Shown here in pieces: positions 25,401 to 33,890 of a stretch of DNA of 35,464 nt. The stretch comes from a virus. Its lineage: Duplodnaviria; Caudoviricetes. Every line of letters starts with the position of its first letter. Position 1 is the first letter of the stretch. Made by a program: the position numbers and the translations under genes. Location of the stretch: IMG/VR virus record IMGVR_UViG_3300042887_003088, positions 1 through 35,464 of that record; one strand, 5' to 3'. The notes below the pieces were generated by a model. The model ran no database searches. It worked only from the letters and a program-made list of their open reading frames with translations, and had not been told where the DNA came from.

Positions 25401-28092
25401 CTGTGGCTGGGATTTCCGAAGCATCGACGCCATCTGATATGGCGCCATAAGTGCCATAAGAACAGTTGCCGTTTGTGGCTCGTATAATGCCACCGTCTTC
25501 GGCAAAATAACCAATGTGGCAATAGTATGTGAACACTGAAACTAGTTCTGCACGACCGTTGTTGCGAACCCAGGCGCCAATACCATCACTGAGTACCTGT
25601 GTGAAATCATTGCTAACTATGGATCGATTGCCGCCGTTATGAAGTGCGCCATCAATCTTTTGTCCAACACATCCTGTGCCTAAAGTGGTAACACCTTGAA
25701 TATACGGTGATCGAGTGGTAATCCAGGTGCTGGTATCGGCAGGCCCCCATCCTGGATCCAATGACACATAGGCTCCGCCCAATGGCAGTTGGTATAGATC
25801 AAAAGCCACAGGTGGATTCAGCACAGACTCTATACCTTTCAACGTGCAGTTGCGAATCCCTGTGGCGTTTCTAACATAAAACATATCTTCAGAAGTTGTG
25901 CAGCCTAATATTTGATTTCTGTAATATCTGGCTCTTAACAAAGATTTGTAATTTCCTGCGTAGATTATATCATATTTCCAAGCATCTACGTATCCCATAA
26001 CACTGTATCTCAGCAAATCTGCATCAAACACATATGTAGGATATGTGGCCTGCATAAAGGCCACAGCTTCTTCAATAATAAAAGTCTTGTTGGCTTCTAG
26101 TTGTAACACAGTATTGGTATATGCAGTGGAAGTCTGTGCTGTGTTAGATCCTGTTAGTGTGGGGTCTGACCCAGAACTGTTGATATAAAAATTAATGTAG
26201 GCAATTATATCTGTAATTTTATTTTGTATTGCCAATGCAGCAGCACTGCTGGTAGCGATAGGTCGAGGACTTGTGTCTAAGATTTCATTTGGCGGAATCT
26301 CATTATCAAAAATTGGCGGGTTAAATGATATCGGAGTGGTTTCTGTCAAAAACACTTGATTCAACGAATTGCCCACCGACTTTGCTGGAATAATAGGTGT
26401 TCCTGCTATAATTGCCTGTATTATTGCAGAAATTCTATTTAACACAGCTATGTGACGTGTTCGATCAGCAGCCAGTATCACCGGCCCAGACGGTTTTATT
26501 GTTGTGCTACGGAGTTCAGCACCTAGTATAACTGTTTTAGGAGGCACAATAATTGGAGTTAATTCTGTATATTCTCCTACAGCAACCTTGATTGTGGTGT
26601 GTCCATTGTAGCCATCATTGACCTGCTCACAGGCAAATCGAATAGTTCTCCAAGGCAAGAATTGACTGGTTCCCCGCTCTGGATTTGTATAGTCATCAAC
26701 GCCGTCGAGATCCACATATCTTACTCTGGCCGAATCTCCCCAGTAGGCATAATCAACACTGCCTTCTTGATTCGTAACAAGAACTTGACCCACTGTTCCG
26801 ATTGGAACATTTGTTGGTCCAAAAGTACTACCATCGCCTACAGATGTTCTTGAAAGATCAAAGGTCAATAGATCGCCACGCTGTGACATTCCCACTTCCG
26901 AACCAGCCTGCAACACAAGATCCCAATAAATTATACCCTCACCGTTATCACCTGGGAAATTTGAATTAGCAGCAATGTGTTCAGTTGTGGCCTTGTAGAC
27001 ATTGCCTTTGAATACAACAAGATCATTCAAACTATATGTTTGACCCGCAGTCCAAGAACTTCTATATTCTTGAGAAGTAGTAACTATTTCCCAATTACTG
27101 GTATCTAAGTAGTCCAGTGAGCTGCCGTCATTTACGGTATCAGATATTGCTATGTATAGATTGCCACCGCGACGAACCACATCACCAACTTTATAATCTA
27201 TAGTTGCACTCCATGTGCCCATAAAATCAGTAGCTTTGGACAGTAAATTCCAATTTACAGTGTCTTCTGAAATGCTAGAACTGTTGGTATGATTGGTAGC
27301 GGAGATGTACAGATATCCTCCGTATCTTACTATGTCACCGACAGCATAATAAACTGCATTGCTCCAGTTTTGATAAAAATTAAATCCGGGAAATTCTGTA
27401 ACAAAATTCTCATTGGTAATATTAGATGATGCAACGTGTCCTGTGACACAGCGTAAAATACTGCCACCATATTTTACAAGGTCGTTACGTCTGTATCTAG
27501 TAGTAGCAGTCCATGTTCCTTTGTACTCAATGCCCTCGTAGTATATCTGCCACAATTCGCCTGAGCTGTCATCTTCAGTGTCATTGTTTCCTATTTCTAG
27601 ACCTAATGCTGTAGTAGATGAAGTGTGCTCTACAATACATTTATACGCAATACCGTTGTATCTAATAATGTCACCAACGCCGTATCTGGTGGTTGGAGTC
27701 CATTCTGATCTCCAATTGTCTGTTGCTAAGTACACTGCCCAATTAAACACAAATGCATTAAATAATGCCGCGGAAGTGTGGCTTACAACACAGATATATA
27801 TGACACCACCATATAGTGCAAGATCACCGGGATTATACAGAGTTGTGCCGCTCCAATTTCCACGCCACACATACCCGTCGGTCATTTTCAGCCAAGTTGG
27901 AGTCGGCTGTGTGTCTGAAGGATTATTATAATAATTTTGGTCAGCAGCAAAAGTTGATGCAGTGTGTTGGCGTAGGCATATCCAGGTGCTGCCACCATAT
28001 CTCACTACATCATCTTTATTATATGTGGATGAATCGGCTGCCCATTCATTCTTCCACGTATATCTAATTCTACTGATCTTAAATTCTGCCAT
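22474..28092 (-). CDS. Giant multidomain virion fibre protein (1872 aa), paralog of 14599..22443
   Basis: Same domain order as its paralog: MAEFK.(G/S)RIR..WKN, EDM.Y.R.ATG.R, SLDPGWGP, RSPY.QG.TTLG, SNDFTQV.SDGIGAW, TGHDFLDIGTGNFEETNYP and TSTDQ.GNFR. Confidence 0.82.
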   Translation of the reverse strand: MAEFKISRIRYTWKNEWAADSSTYNKDDVVRYGGSTWICLRQHTASTFAADQNYYNNPSDTQPTPTWLKMTDGYVWRGNWSGTTLYNPGDLALYGGVIYICVVSHTSAALFNAFVFNWAVYLATDNWRSEWTPTTRYGVGDIIRYNGIAYKCIVEHTSSTTALGLEIGNNDTEDDSSGELWQIYYEGIEYKGTWTATTRYRRNDLVKYGGSILRCVTGHVASSNITNENFVTEFPGFNFYQNWSNAVYYAVGDIVRYGGYLYISATNHTNSSSISEDTVNWNLLSKATDFMGTWSATIDYKVGDVVRRGGNLYIAISDTVNDGSSLDYLDTSNWEIVTTSQEYRSSWTAGQTYSLNDLVVFKGNVYKATTEHIAANSNFPGDNGEGIIYWDLVLQAGSEVGMSQRGDLLTFDLSRTSVGDGSTFGPTNVPIGTVGQVLVTNQEGSVDYAYWGDSARVRYVDLDGVDDYTNPERGTSQFLPWRTIRFACEQVNDGYNGHTTIKVAVGEYTELTPIIVPPKTVILGAELRSTTIKPSGPVILAADRTRHIAVLNRISAIIQAIIAGTPIIPAKSVGNSLNQVFLTETTPISFNPPIFDNEIPPNEILDTSPRPIATSSAAALAIQNKITDIIAYINFYINSSGSDPTLTGSNTAQTSTAYTNTVLQLEANKTFIIEEAVAFMQATYPTYVFDADLLRYSVMGYVDAWKYDIIYAGNYKSLLRARYYRNQILGCTTSEDMFYVRNATGIRNCTLKGIESVLNPPVAFDLYQLPLGGAYVSLDPGWGPADTSTWITTRSPYIQGVTTLGTGCVGQKIDGALHNGGNRSIVSNDFTQVLSDGIGAWVRNNGRAELVSVFTYYCHIGYFAEDGGIIRATNGNCSYGTYGAISDGVDASEIPATARNYTRAQQAIVAAAFAGDFVDEIQILEWTNFGQDYTEATAVFTGAGVNADVIFEEFRDDAVFEARRLDANADTALIAQEIGGSGYVVVQNNAQTGDAFTITIATNDANSIAEYLGMRILITSGAGTGQYGYITAYDNVTKVVTVYRESDDQPGWDHVIPGKLPTVPLLTNTTYRIEPRVIFSAPAYSAQEITTPASTTWSEIVFGDTTETYTNIAVNESGTGTTIDVVAALATFNIVKRGRNYTLTINNGGAGYEAGQLLTIDGDLLGGATPVNDLIILVTDVSDDSTNSILAAQQKTYGTGEDNLAASGKFVVVSTAGSAAMYSSDGTNWTAFNMPTVGDWKCLAAGRVTYPTLGDHIFVAIRQGSSVAASSLNGITWTTRSMPVSLQWNSCIYGGGLFIAVATNSNTAAYSLNGTTWSSLALPSFGDSTLNQWVDIAYGKNRYVVLANSGNIVATGTYNSTLNTWSWAGHIMDVVADSSAKDWVSIAYGNGRFVAISSTGDAAYSFDGNDWLPATMPSQDGSTAHNWKKIRYAQGVFFAVGDTGNRTVGADPTFGITNFAATSFDGIVWTSRTLASTQSWQSVAFGTPYVDARDSTVGNNTPTWIAIDNSNKFNKIQTGARALGRVTIASGVISSVKLWDPGSGYIEGPTCVFVDPNNNRDARIECRTGDGVLAQPSWLNRGLGYRTISTRVTISGNGFADVIPSGKFIVINDLVTYPKVGSNLTIGNLSSDYTLVTIEELGLTDRGLAARIRITPEIKVRDNLTHLTEITIRTKFSQCRITGHDFLDIGTGNFEETNYPELYSGFYDPQPFNEIVEENRGRVFYTSTDQSGNFRAGELFAVEQATGTVTISSDFFDLSGLTELRLGGIRIGGTGAVVREFSTDPLFIADSNNIVPTQRAIAAYLANRLSVGGSEIAVGSFIAGTVLVGPDRINNVAGLRIIVPVRAEFDAANSGISGSMLAQTMFYRSFKQ

Positions 28093-28105
28093 GATTTATT
28101 CCATT

Positions 28106-28471
28106 TTAACTTGAATGACCTGTGGGATATGAATATCCCTGATTTATTCGCTGTGTTAATCTTCCCTGATTATCAACATAGTACAATATATTTCTGTTAT
28201 CCCAACGATATTGTGTCCATACCAAATTGTCATATTCTATTTCGTGATCAGTTGTTATACCATCAAAGTAGTCTACTCCTGGTTCAAAATCTTCAAAATT
28301 TTCTTCAACGGCTCCAGGCAAGTTTAATTCAATACTGTCTTTGTCTTTGAGCTGATCACTTCTATACAAAAATAATTCACCGTCGTTGTTTCTACGCAGA
28401 GCATACCAATAGCGAGGACTATCACCTAGTGCTTCATCTGGACTTTGACCTAAATAATAATTACTTGGCAT
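28106..28471 (-). CDS. Hypothetical acidic protein in the virion gene cluster
   Basis: 121-aa ORF, tightly packed, with an AAGGA RBS. Confidence 0.75.
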   Translation of the reverse strand: MPSNYYLGQSPDEALGDSPRYWYALRRNNDGELFLYRSDQLKDKDSIELNLPGAVEENFEDFEPGVDYFDGITTDHEIEYDNLVWTQYRWDNRNILYYVDNQGRLTQRINQGYSYPTGHSS

Positions 28472-28480
28472 GATTTTTCC

Positions 28481-28813
28481 TTAAGATATTTCTACATAAC
28501 TAATGACAGCATCGATGCTGTCTTCAGTATCACTGACTATTCGTATGCCTGCAGTTTCTGGCAATATCAGTTTTTCGCCTTGTGTGATAATCTTAGCTGT
28601 GCTGTTGGGAGCAATTGTTAGACCACGCACATAATGGGCCTGGGTAGAGTTTTCATCTATAACAAATACATTAACTACCACAGTGTCATAGTCTGTGATG
28701 TTGGCAATATTCATACCAATTACGGTAACTCTAACTCCTGCATCTACCTGTAACACATCTACAGGTGTGGTTCCTATTTCGGTGTTTACTGCGTGTCTAA
28801 ATAAGGTTGGCAT
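28481..28813 (-). CDS. Small beta-rich virion protein (adaptor-like)
   Basis: 110 aa with TVIGMNIAN...IAPNST..I..GEKLIL...DAVISYVEI. Paralog of 14258..14578 and 31654..32004. Confidence 0.72.
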   Translation of the reverse strand: MPTLFRHAVNTEIGTTPVDVLQVDAGVRVTVIGMNIANITDYDTVVVNVFVIDENSTQAHYVRGLTIAPNSTAKIITQGEKLILPETAGIRIVSDTEDSIDAVISYVEIS

Positions 28814-28817
28814 AATT

Positions 28818-29870
28818 TTATCCTAGCATCAGCGCATAAGTGGCTGCTATTTCGTTGGCTTGAATTTCTGAAACTGCTCCAGATGCTCCCGCAGGGGATG
28901 CCCAAGTAATTCCGTCCCAAATTTCAAGAGCTTTTGAATTGGTGTTGAAACGAGTCATACCCAGTACTGCATAGGCAGTGGGTCTTTGAGCATCACTGCC
29001 TACAGGAGGAACAAAACCATTTGTTCCTTGAATTTTAAAATATCCTGTGCCCGTTTGCGCAATTTCAGTTACTGCATTAGAACTGAGATTAGTTATAACA
29101 TTGTCTACAATTCTAAAGTTTCCCAGTCTAACGCCACCGGCACCATTGCCGTCTATGATTATGTCCTGTCCCGTAGTACTGGTAATTTCATTGTCTCTAA
29201 ACATGAGATTACCAACATCCAACATGGTAACATTTAATACATTAGTATACAGGTTGTTAACGTAGACATTTCTCCAGCGATAGGCTCCGGAACCTAAATC
29301 CCAGGTGTTATCCGTTTGGGGAACTAGATCACTTTGAATGCTAGCATTGATAGTAACAGAATCAGTTAGACTGTCTCCAATAACAATATTTCCGCCTATG
29401 GTTACGTTTCCAGTGGCATTGATATTTCCTGTGACATTAAGATTGCCTGTAATGTTGGTGTTACCGTAAATATCTATTATTCCTGTACCGTTGGCTCGTA
29501 GTTCTAAATCACTGTTTGATACTTCTGTGGAAATGGTATTTCCTAGAATTTGAATGTCATCTACCACTAATCTAGCATTATAGATAGTTGGTTCAGCACC
29601 CGATGGTGCAAAAGTTATGGTACTGAGATCGCTGCTGATAGTATTGCCAGTGACTGTTATATTGCCAATGTCAAATTGATCGGTTACTTCTAGATCAGTG
29701 GATTTTGTTGTGCCGTTAACGTCTAAGTCGTGCAGCGGAGAAGATTTGTTTACTCCAATTCGAGAGTTAACAACATCCAAATATAATAAGTCAGTCTCAA
29801 ACGCTAGATCCACGCCATCTCTGACTAGGTTAGGTTTAAGCATTTGACCGGAAATTCTTCCAATAGCCAT
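28818..29870 (-). CDS. Fibre-like virion protein, paralog of 29991..31100
   Basis: GRISG..L..NL.R.GVDL.F, LLYLDV.N..IGVNK, DN..DLG....RW, GTNGFV.P.G...QR..G.TR.NT and a hydrophobic C-terminus YALMLG. An AAGGAG RBS is present. Confidence 0.78.
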   Translation of the reverse strand: MAIGRISGQMLKPNLVRDGVDLAFETDLLYLDVVNSRIGVNKSSPLHDLDVNGTTKSTDLEVTDQFDIGNITVTGNTISSDLSTITFAPSGAEPTIYNARLVVDDIQILGNTISTEVSNSDLELRANGTGIIDIYGNTNITGNLNVTGNINATGNVTIGGNIVIGDSLTDSVTINASIQSDLVPQTDNTWDLGSGAYRWRNVYVNNLYTNVLNVTMLDVGNLMFRDNEITSTTGQDIIIDGNGAGGVRLGNFRIVDNVITNLSSNAVTEIAQTGTGYFKIQGTNGFVPPVGSDAQRPTAYAVLGMTRFNTNSKALEIWDGITWASPAGASGAVSEIQANEIAATYALMLG

Positions 29871-29970
29871 TAGCTCTCCTTAGACCCCGTGTTTCACGGT
29901 TAACCACCTTGCATTGCGGGTTTACCACAGTTTGACCATACAAAGAAAGACCTTCCTTTGTAATCATTAG
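29871..29970 (-). ncRNA. Candidate structured 5' leader (three hairpins)
   Basis: Lies between TATAAATA and the RBS. Hairpins: TACAAAGGAA/TTTCTTTGTA (10 bp), TGTGG-TAAAC-CCGCA and CCGTG-AAA-CACGG. Confidence 0.45.
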
Positions 29971-29978
29971 TATTTATA
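29971..29978 (-). promoter_or_regulatory. Perfect T4 late promoter TATAAATA
   Basis: tatttata at 29971-29978, intergenic. Confidence 0.75.
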
Positions 29979-29990
29979 TCGTTTGGAGAA

Positions 29991-31100
29991 TTAGCCTAGG
30001 ATGAGACTGTATATGTTTCCTAAATCTTGCATTATCGGCACACTTATTGTTGCACCACCACCAGTTGATAATTGCCATACTGTTCCGTCATAGCACTCAA
30101 TATATTCTAGATCAGTGTTCCAACGTGTTTCACCTTCTTCGGGATTAGCTCTTCTTTGATTTTGTGGAGTACCTGGGGCAAAATTATCGTCACCTGTTCC
30201 TGCAGGTATTACAAAACCATTTGTGCCTTGATATTTTAAATAGCCTATCCCAGTAGATGTAATAGTGATAGCAGAATTGTTAAGATTGGTGACTATGTTC
30301 CCCTGCCACTGAGTACGTTCAATCGTAGTTATTCCAGTAAATGGTGTTATTCGAATATCATCATTTGACTGCACACTAATAATTTGTCCAGTAACTCCGT
30401 CTAGTCTCATTTGATCGCTGATAACAACTGCCTGAGGCAGCACAAGATTAGCGTGTGTTAGATCATCAGCTACGTGTAACTGACTCCACCGTTTTGCAGA
30501 TTGGCCTAGATCATAACTATTGTCTGTGCCCGGGATAATGTCTTGTGTAAAATCTGGAGCCACTACTACAACATCTAAGGGACTATCGCCAACTATGATG
30601 TTATCTGCTGCTGATAAATCACCAGTTAGTATAGTATTACCGGTGACTGCTAGATTACCTAGTATACTGGTACTGCTTTGAATAATTACGGAGGCGGATG
30701 CATTAGGGTTAAGAACAATACTTCCGTTAGTTGTGTAATTTTTAATTACATTTCCGTTGATTTCAAGTTGTGCTGTTAGTACTCTGTCAAGATTAATAAC
30801 TGCACCTGCCCCAGCAGGACTTATGTTAATGGCTCCTACAACTGTTGATATTGTGCCGTTGGCACTGAATATGAGATTGTCAAGTATTGCTTGATTGTCA
30901 ACTATTAGATCTGTAGTTTTTGTATAACCGTCAATGTCTAACTCAACCACTGGAGTTTTATTAACTCCAATTTTAAAATTGTTTACATCTAGATATAATA
31001 AATCGTCAGATCCAGGATTATTTCGAAAAGTAAGATCAACACCATTTCTTTCCAAGTTTGATGTTAAAATTGGACCGCTTATTCTGCCCAGTTGTGTCAT
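29991..31100 (-). CDS. Fibre-like virion protein, paralog of 28818..29870
   Basis: Collinear motifs with 28818..29870. Ends LGNIYSLILG. Confidence 0.78.
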   Translation of the reverse strand: MTQLGRISGPILTSNLERNGVDLTFRNNPGSDDLLYLDVNNFKIGVNKTPVVELDIDGYTKTTDLIVDNQAILDNLIFSANGTISTVVGAINISPAGAGAVINLDRVLTAQLEINGNVIKNYTTNGSIVLNPNASASVIIQSSTSILGNLAVTGNTILTGDLSAADNIIVGDSPLDVVVVAPDFTQDIIPGTDNSYDLGQSAKRWSQLHVADDLTHANLVLPQAVVISDQMRLDGVTGQIISVQSNDDIRITPFTGITTIERTQWQGNIVTNLNNSAITITSTGIGYLKYQGTNGFVIPAGTGDDNFAPGTPQNQRRANPEEGETRWNTDLEYIECYDGTVWQLSTGGGATISVPIMQDLGNIYSLILG

Positions 31101-31102
31101 GA

Positions 31103-31657
31103 TTAGTTAGCGTAACCGTAGTAAATAGTTACGTCTTTTCCTACTGGTACTGCATCTCCAAAACTTAAATAATATCCTGCTGGATATGCAGCTCCGGCAA
31201 GATATCCAGTCGGACTGCTAGTGCCTCCGGGATTATTAACTATGGTAAAGTTTGTAGTTGAAATTTGCATAACATTTTCAACTAGCACAATAATGTTGTC
31301 TGGACTGGCTGTATAATCTGGAGCATAGGTAGTATTCAATGGTCCAAATTTAGTTTCAACCAAGTCTCCTGGGCCAATAGTTTGTTTGATAATTGAATTG
31401 GCTGCTGAACCCTTGACTGTTTCCCAGAAGCCGGCAATATAACATTCTAGTTCATCAGTGGTAGTATTATAACGCAACATTCCATTAGCGCCGTTAGGCA
31501 TTTCTACTCCGGAAAGATTTGGCTGTTGTGCTGTTGTGCCTTTTGGCAGTCGAAGGCCACCCACACCATCCATAGTATAACGACCGTATGGGTTAACCTT
31601 AAGGGCATTGTCCTTGAGACCAAATCTACTGGTGTTTTGTGTCTTTAAAAATTTCAT
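31103..31657 (-). CDS. Virion structural protein (fibre/baseplate-like)
   Basis: 'LRLPKGTTAQQP...GMLRYNTTTDELECY..GFW' module, then a 'NIIVLVENVMQI...LSF..AVP.GK.VTI' module. Confidence 0.72.
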   Translation of the reverse strand: MKFLKTQNTSRFGLKDNALKVNPYGRYTMDGVGGLRLPKGTTAQQPNLSGVEMPNGANGMLRYNTTTDELECYIAGFWETVKGSAANSIIKQTIGPGDLVETKFGPLNTTYAPDYTASPDNIIVLVENVMQISTTNFTIVNNPGGTSSPTGYLAGAAYPAGYYLSFGDAVPVGKDVTIYYGYAN

Positions 31658-32004
31658 ACTGGTAATGTGCTTACAGTTATAGTTAATAATCCACCGACTC
31701 CGCCCGTGGAGCTGGCCTGAGCCTGAACAGTATCTCCGTTGCTTAAAACTACTCTTTCTTCGCTAAAGAAAACTGTTTCACCTGCTGGTATTGTCAGCTT
31801 GCTGACTATTCGTGTGGCTTCAGTGCCACCACCTCCGCCACTTGGAACCAAATATAAATCTAGATCGCTAGCACGAGTAGTTTCATTAGTAAGATCTACT
31901 GCTCCGGTGTTGCACACAATAATTGTGGTAATTGCATTGTTGCCAGAACTTGTGTAAACTGTGACTAGCCCTGTAGTTGTTAATCGTGTGTTTGCGATTG
32001 CCAT
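31654..32004 (-). CDS. Small beta-rich virion protein (adaptor-like)
   Basis: 116 aa with TVYTS..NAITTIIVCN...TIPAGETVFF.EERVVLSNGD.V. Paralog of 14258..14578 and 28481..28813. Confidence 0.72.
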   Translation of the reverse strand: MAIANTRLTTTGLVTVYTSSGNNAITTIIVCNTGAVDLTNETTRASDLDLYLVPSGGGGGTEATRIVSKLTIPAGETVFFSEERVVLSNGDTVQAQASSTGGVGGLLTITVSTLPV

Positions 32005-32013
32005 TTATAATCC

Positions 32014-33120
32014 TTAAAATAACATACTGAAAAGTAGTGCTCTATTTTTACTTATTAATTCATCTGTGGTAAAACTGGCGTTTACTGTGCCGTCCAATTC
32101 TCTACTAGGTCTAGTGTTTCTAAAACTTAAACCTGTAGTACCTGTTCCTGGAGTAGATCCGTAAAGTATAGATGTGTTGCCAACCTGTGTTACTGGACTT
32201 CCATGATATTCAAAACTCATAGCATATGAGATCACAACCTTTCCCGTGCCGTTGGTTTCTAATCTTATGTTGGCATTGGTATTGTCTGCCTGGATTACTA
32301 CTGCTTCAGCATTTTCAACGTTAGCATTTCCTCCAAAGTTTGCTTCAATATCAGGTCCAACTTGATCTTCTGCAAAGATTGTTAGTCCACGCATTTCAAA
32401 ATGATCTGTAGTCATTACTGCTACACGCTTGTTATCAACAATAAACGCAATCTCACTACGTACTGGTTGAGATATATACGGTCCTATTGCAGGTGAAAAC
32501 GATGACGCTGGGAGTGCATTCTCTTTGTCAAATACAATAACTCTGGTATCGTCTTTGGTAATTTGAAATGTAGGATTTAATTGAATTGCATCATCTACAT
32601 AGCGTTTGTTTGGAACATCGTCATCGTCTAACACTCGCTGTTCGTAATTCACAGTTCCTGTTACTTTTACCACTCCTGTGCCGGCACCAATTAGAATTAG
32701 GTCTCCGTCGTCAGTAGCAGCATCTGTAATAATCTGTGACAATTTTAATTTGCTGTCAGTGTAGTTAAAACCGTCCTCAGGAGTTCCCTGTGCTATCTGC
32801 CAGGTTTCATTGGCTTCATCCCACAACAAAGCAGTTGGCGCAACTTGGCTAGAATCAATGTTATATCCTCGATCTATCTGTACGCCAGAATAACCCAGTG
32901 TAACACCTTGTCCAGTTTCACCATAATTAAGTATAATGATGTTATCCTGCACATTCAAGTTTGTAGCTTCTACCGTGAGGGTTTCTCCCAATACAATGAG
33001 ATTGCCAGTGATTCGAACTTCGCCTACATTAGGACCGGTGTCCAGCAGAATAGTACTGCCTTCACCGGTTCTTATATTATAATCACCGCTAGATTGTACT
33101 GTACGTCCACTCAGTGCCAT
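32014..33120 (-). CDS. Fibre-like virion protein
   Basis: GNL.V.G.T..V...NL.VQDNII.LN, G.QIDRG, LLWDE...W, DVPNKRYVD and a hydrophobic C-terminus KNRALLFSMLF. An AAGGA RBS is present. Confidence 0.72.
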   Translation of the reverse strand: MALSGRTVQSSGDYNIRTGEGSTILLDTGPNVGEVRITGNLIVLGETLTVEATNLNVQDNIIILNYGETGQGVTLGYSGVQIDRGYNIDSSQVAPTALLWDEANETWQIAQGTPEDGFNYTDSKLKLSQIITDAATDDGDLILIGAGTGVVKVTGTVNYEQRVLDDDDVPNKRYVDDAIQLNPTFQITKDDTRVIVFDKENALPASSFSPAIGPYISQPVRSEIAFIVDNKRVAVMTTDHFEMRGLTIFAEDQVGPDIEANFGGNANVENAEAVVIQADNTNANIRLETNGTGKVVISYAMSFEYHGSPVTQVGNTSILYGSTPGTGTTGLSFRNTRPSRELDGTVNASFTTDELISKNRALLFSMLF

Positions 33121-33133
33121 ATACTATCCTTGA

Positions 33134-33802
33134 TTAAATTGCTGTTAGTACAATATAGTCTGCTGAAGAATCGCTTTCTAGGTACCATGTGTAACGAACA
33201 CCGTCATGGTTAGTAGAAGTATTGTCGTCTTCACCTCTATGAATACCACCGCTTAGTACTGGTACACTTGGGAAGCCATAAGCTAAACGTTTTGTTAGTT
33301 TACGGATTGGCACTAGACCGGCCGAAGTTCCAGCTGACTCACCACCACCTGTTCCGACTACTGGGGAACCTTGAATTAAAATTTCACCGTTGGCGTTTGG
33401 TGTTGTGTCAACCAGCTTACCTACTTGATATGCACCAAAGTGCGTAACTGTAACAGTACTAGCAGTTGCAGTTGCATTTGCAGTCATTGTTATTTGAGTT
33501 GCACTGTCAATAGATAATACTCTTGTACCTGTTGGAATACCGGCACCTGAAATCTCATCACCGATAGTAACTTCAACTTGATCACTCATGTTGAGTAGTG
33601 TTGCAGTACCGTTGCTAGTGTCTGCTGTAAATGTTTCTTTTTTTGCAACTACATATGTGTTAGCACCACGTTGTTTGATTAATACGTAGTCTGTAGATAA
33701 AGCGCCACCAAAATATCCGCTTACTGCAATTCCGGTATTACCGAGGTTGTTTAAACCTAGTACATCTGTACCAAATATGTCTTTCTTTAATGAACGTCCC
33801 AT
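33134..33802 (-). CDS. Probable virion protein
   Basis: 222 aa, Gly/Thr-rich, with an internal 'G..ISGAGIPTGTRVLSI.SATQITM.ANATAT' beta module. It has an AGGAG RBS and a late-type promoter upstream. Confidence 0.65.
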   Translation of the reverse strand: MGRSLKKDIFGTDVLGLNNLGNTGIAVSGYFGGALSTDYVLIKQRGANTYVVAKKETFTADTSNGTATLLNMSDQVEVTIGDEISGAGIPTGTRVLSIDSATQITMTANATATASTVTVTHFGAYQVGKLVDTTPNANGEILIQGSPVVGTGGGESAGTSAGLVPIRKLTKRLAYGFPSVPVLSGGIHRGEDDNTSTNHDGVRYTWYLESDSSADYIVLTAI

Positions 33803-33884
33803 TTGTTTCTCCTAGTGATTTTTTAAATCATACGCGGCGGGTTCCGCATAAGTCCGATTTTACGGCTCTTACTTTATGATACTT
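33803..33884 (-). ncRNA. Candidate structured 5' leader (three consecutive hairpins)
   Basis: TAAGagCCG..CGGaCTTA, TATGCGG-AACCCG-CCGCGTA and TGATTT-AAA-AAATCA, followed by the AGGAG RBS. Confidence 0.45.
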
Positions 33885-33890
33885 TATTTA
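33885..33890 (-). promoter_or_regulatory. TAAATA late-type box overlapping the upstream TAA stop
   Basis: tattta at 33885-33890. Confidence 0.55.

Noticed and set aside
14599-28092. Diversity-generating retroelement template/variable pair, or an intein
   Set aside because: There is no reverse transcriptase in the window and the paralog differences are not adenine-specific. The inserts lack intein C/S...HN termini.
29871-29940. c-di-GMP-I (GEMM) riboswitch suggested by GGTAAAC, GAAA and GGTCTAA fragments
   Set aside because: The GACGCAAA junction and the P3 stem order do not fit. It is kept only as an unnamed structured leader.
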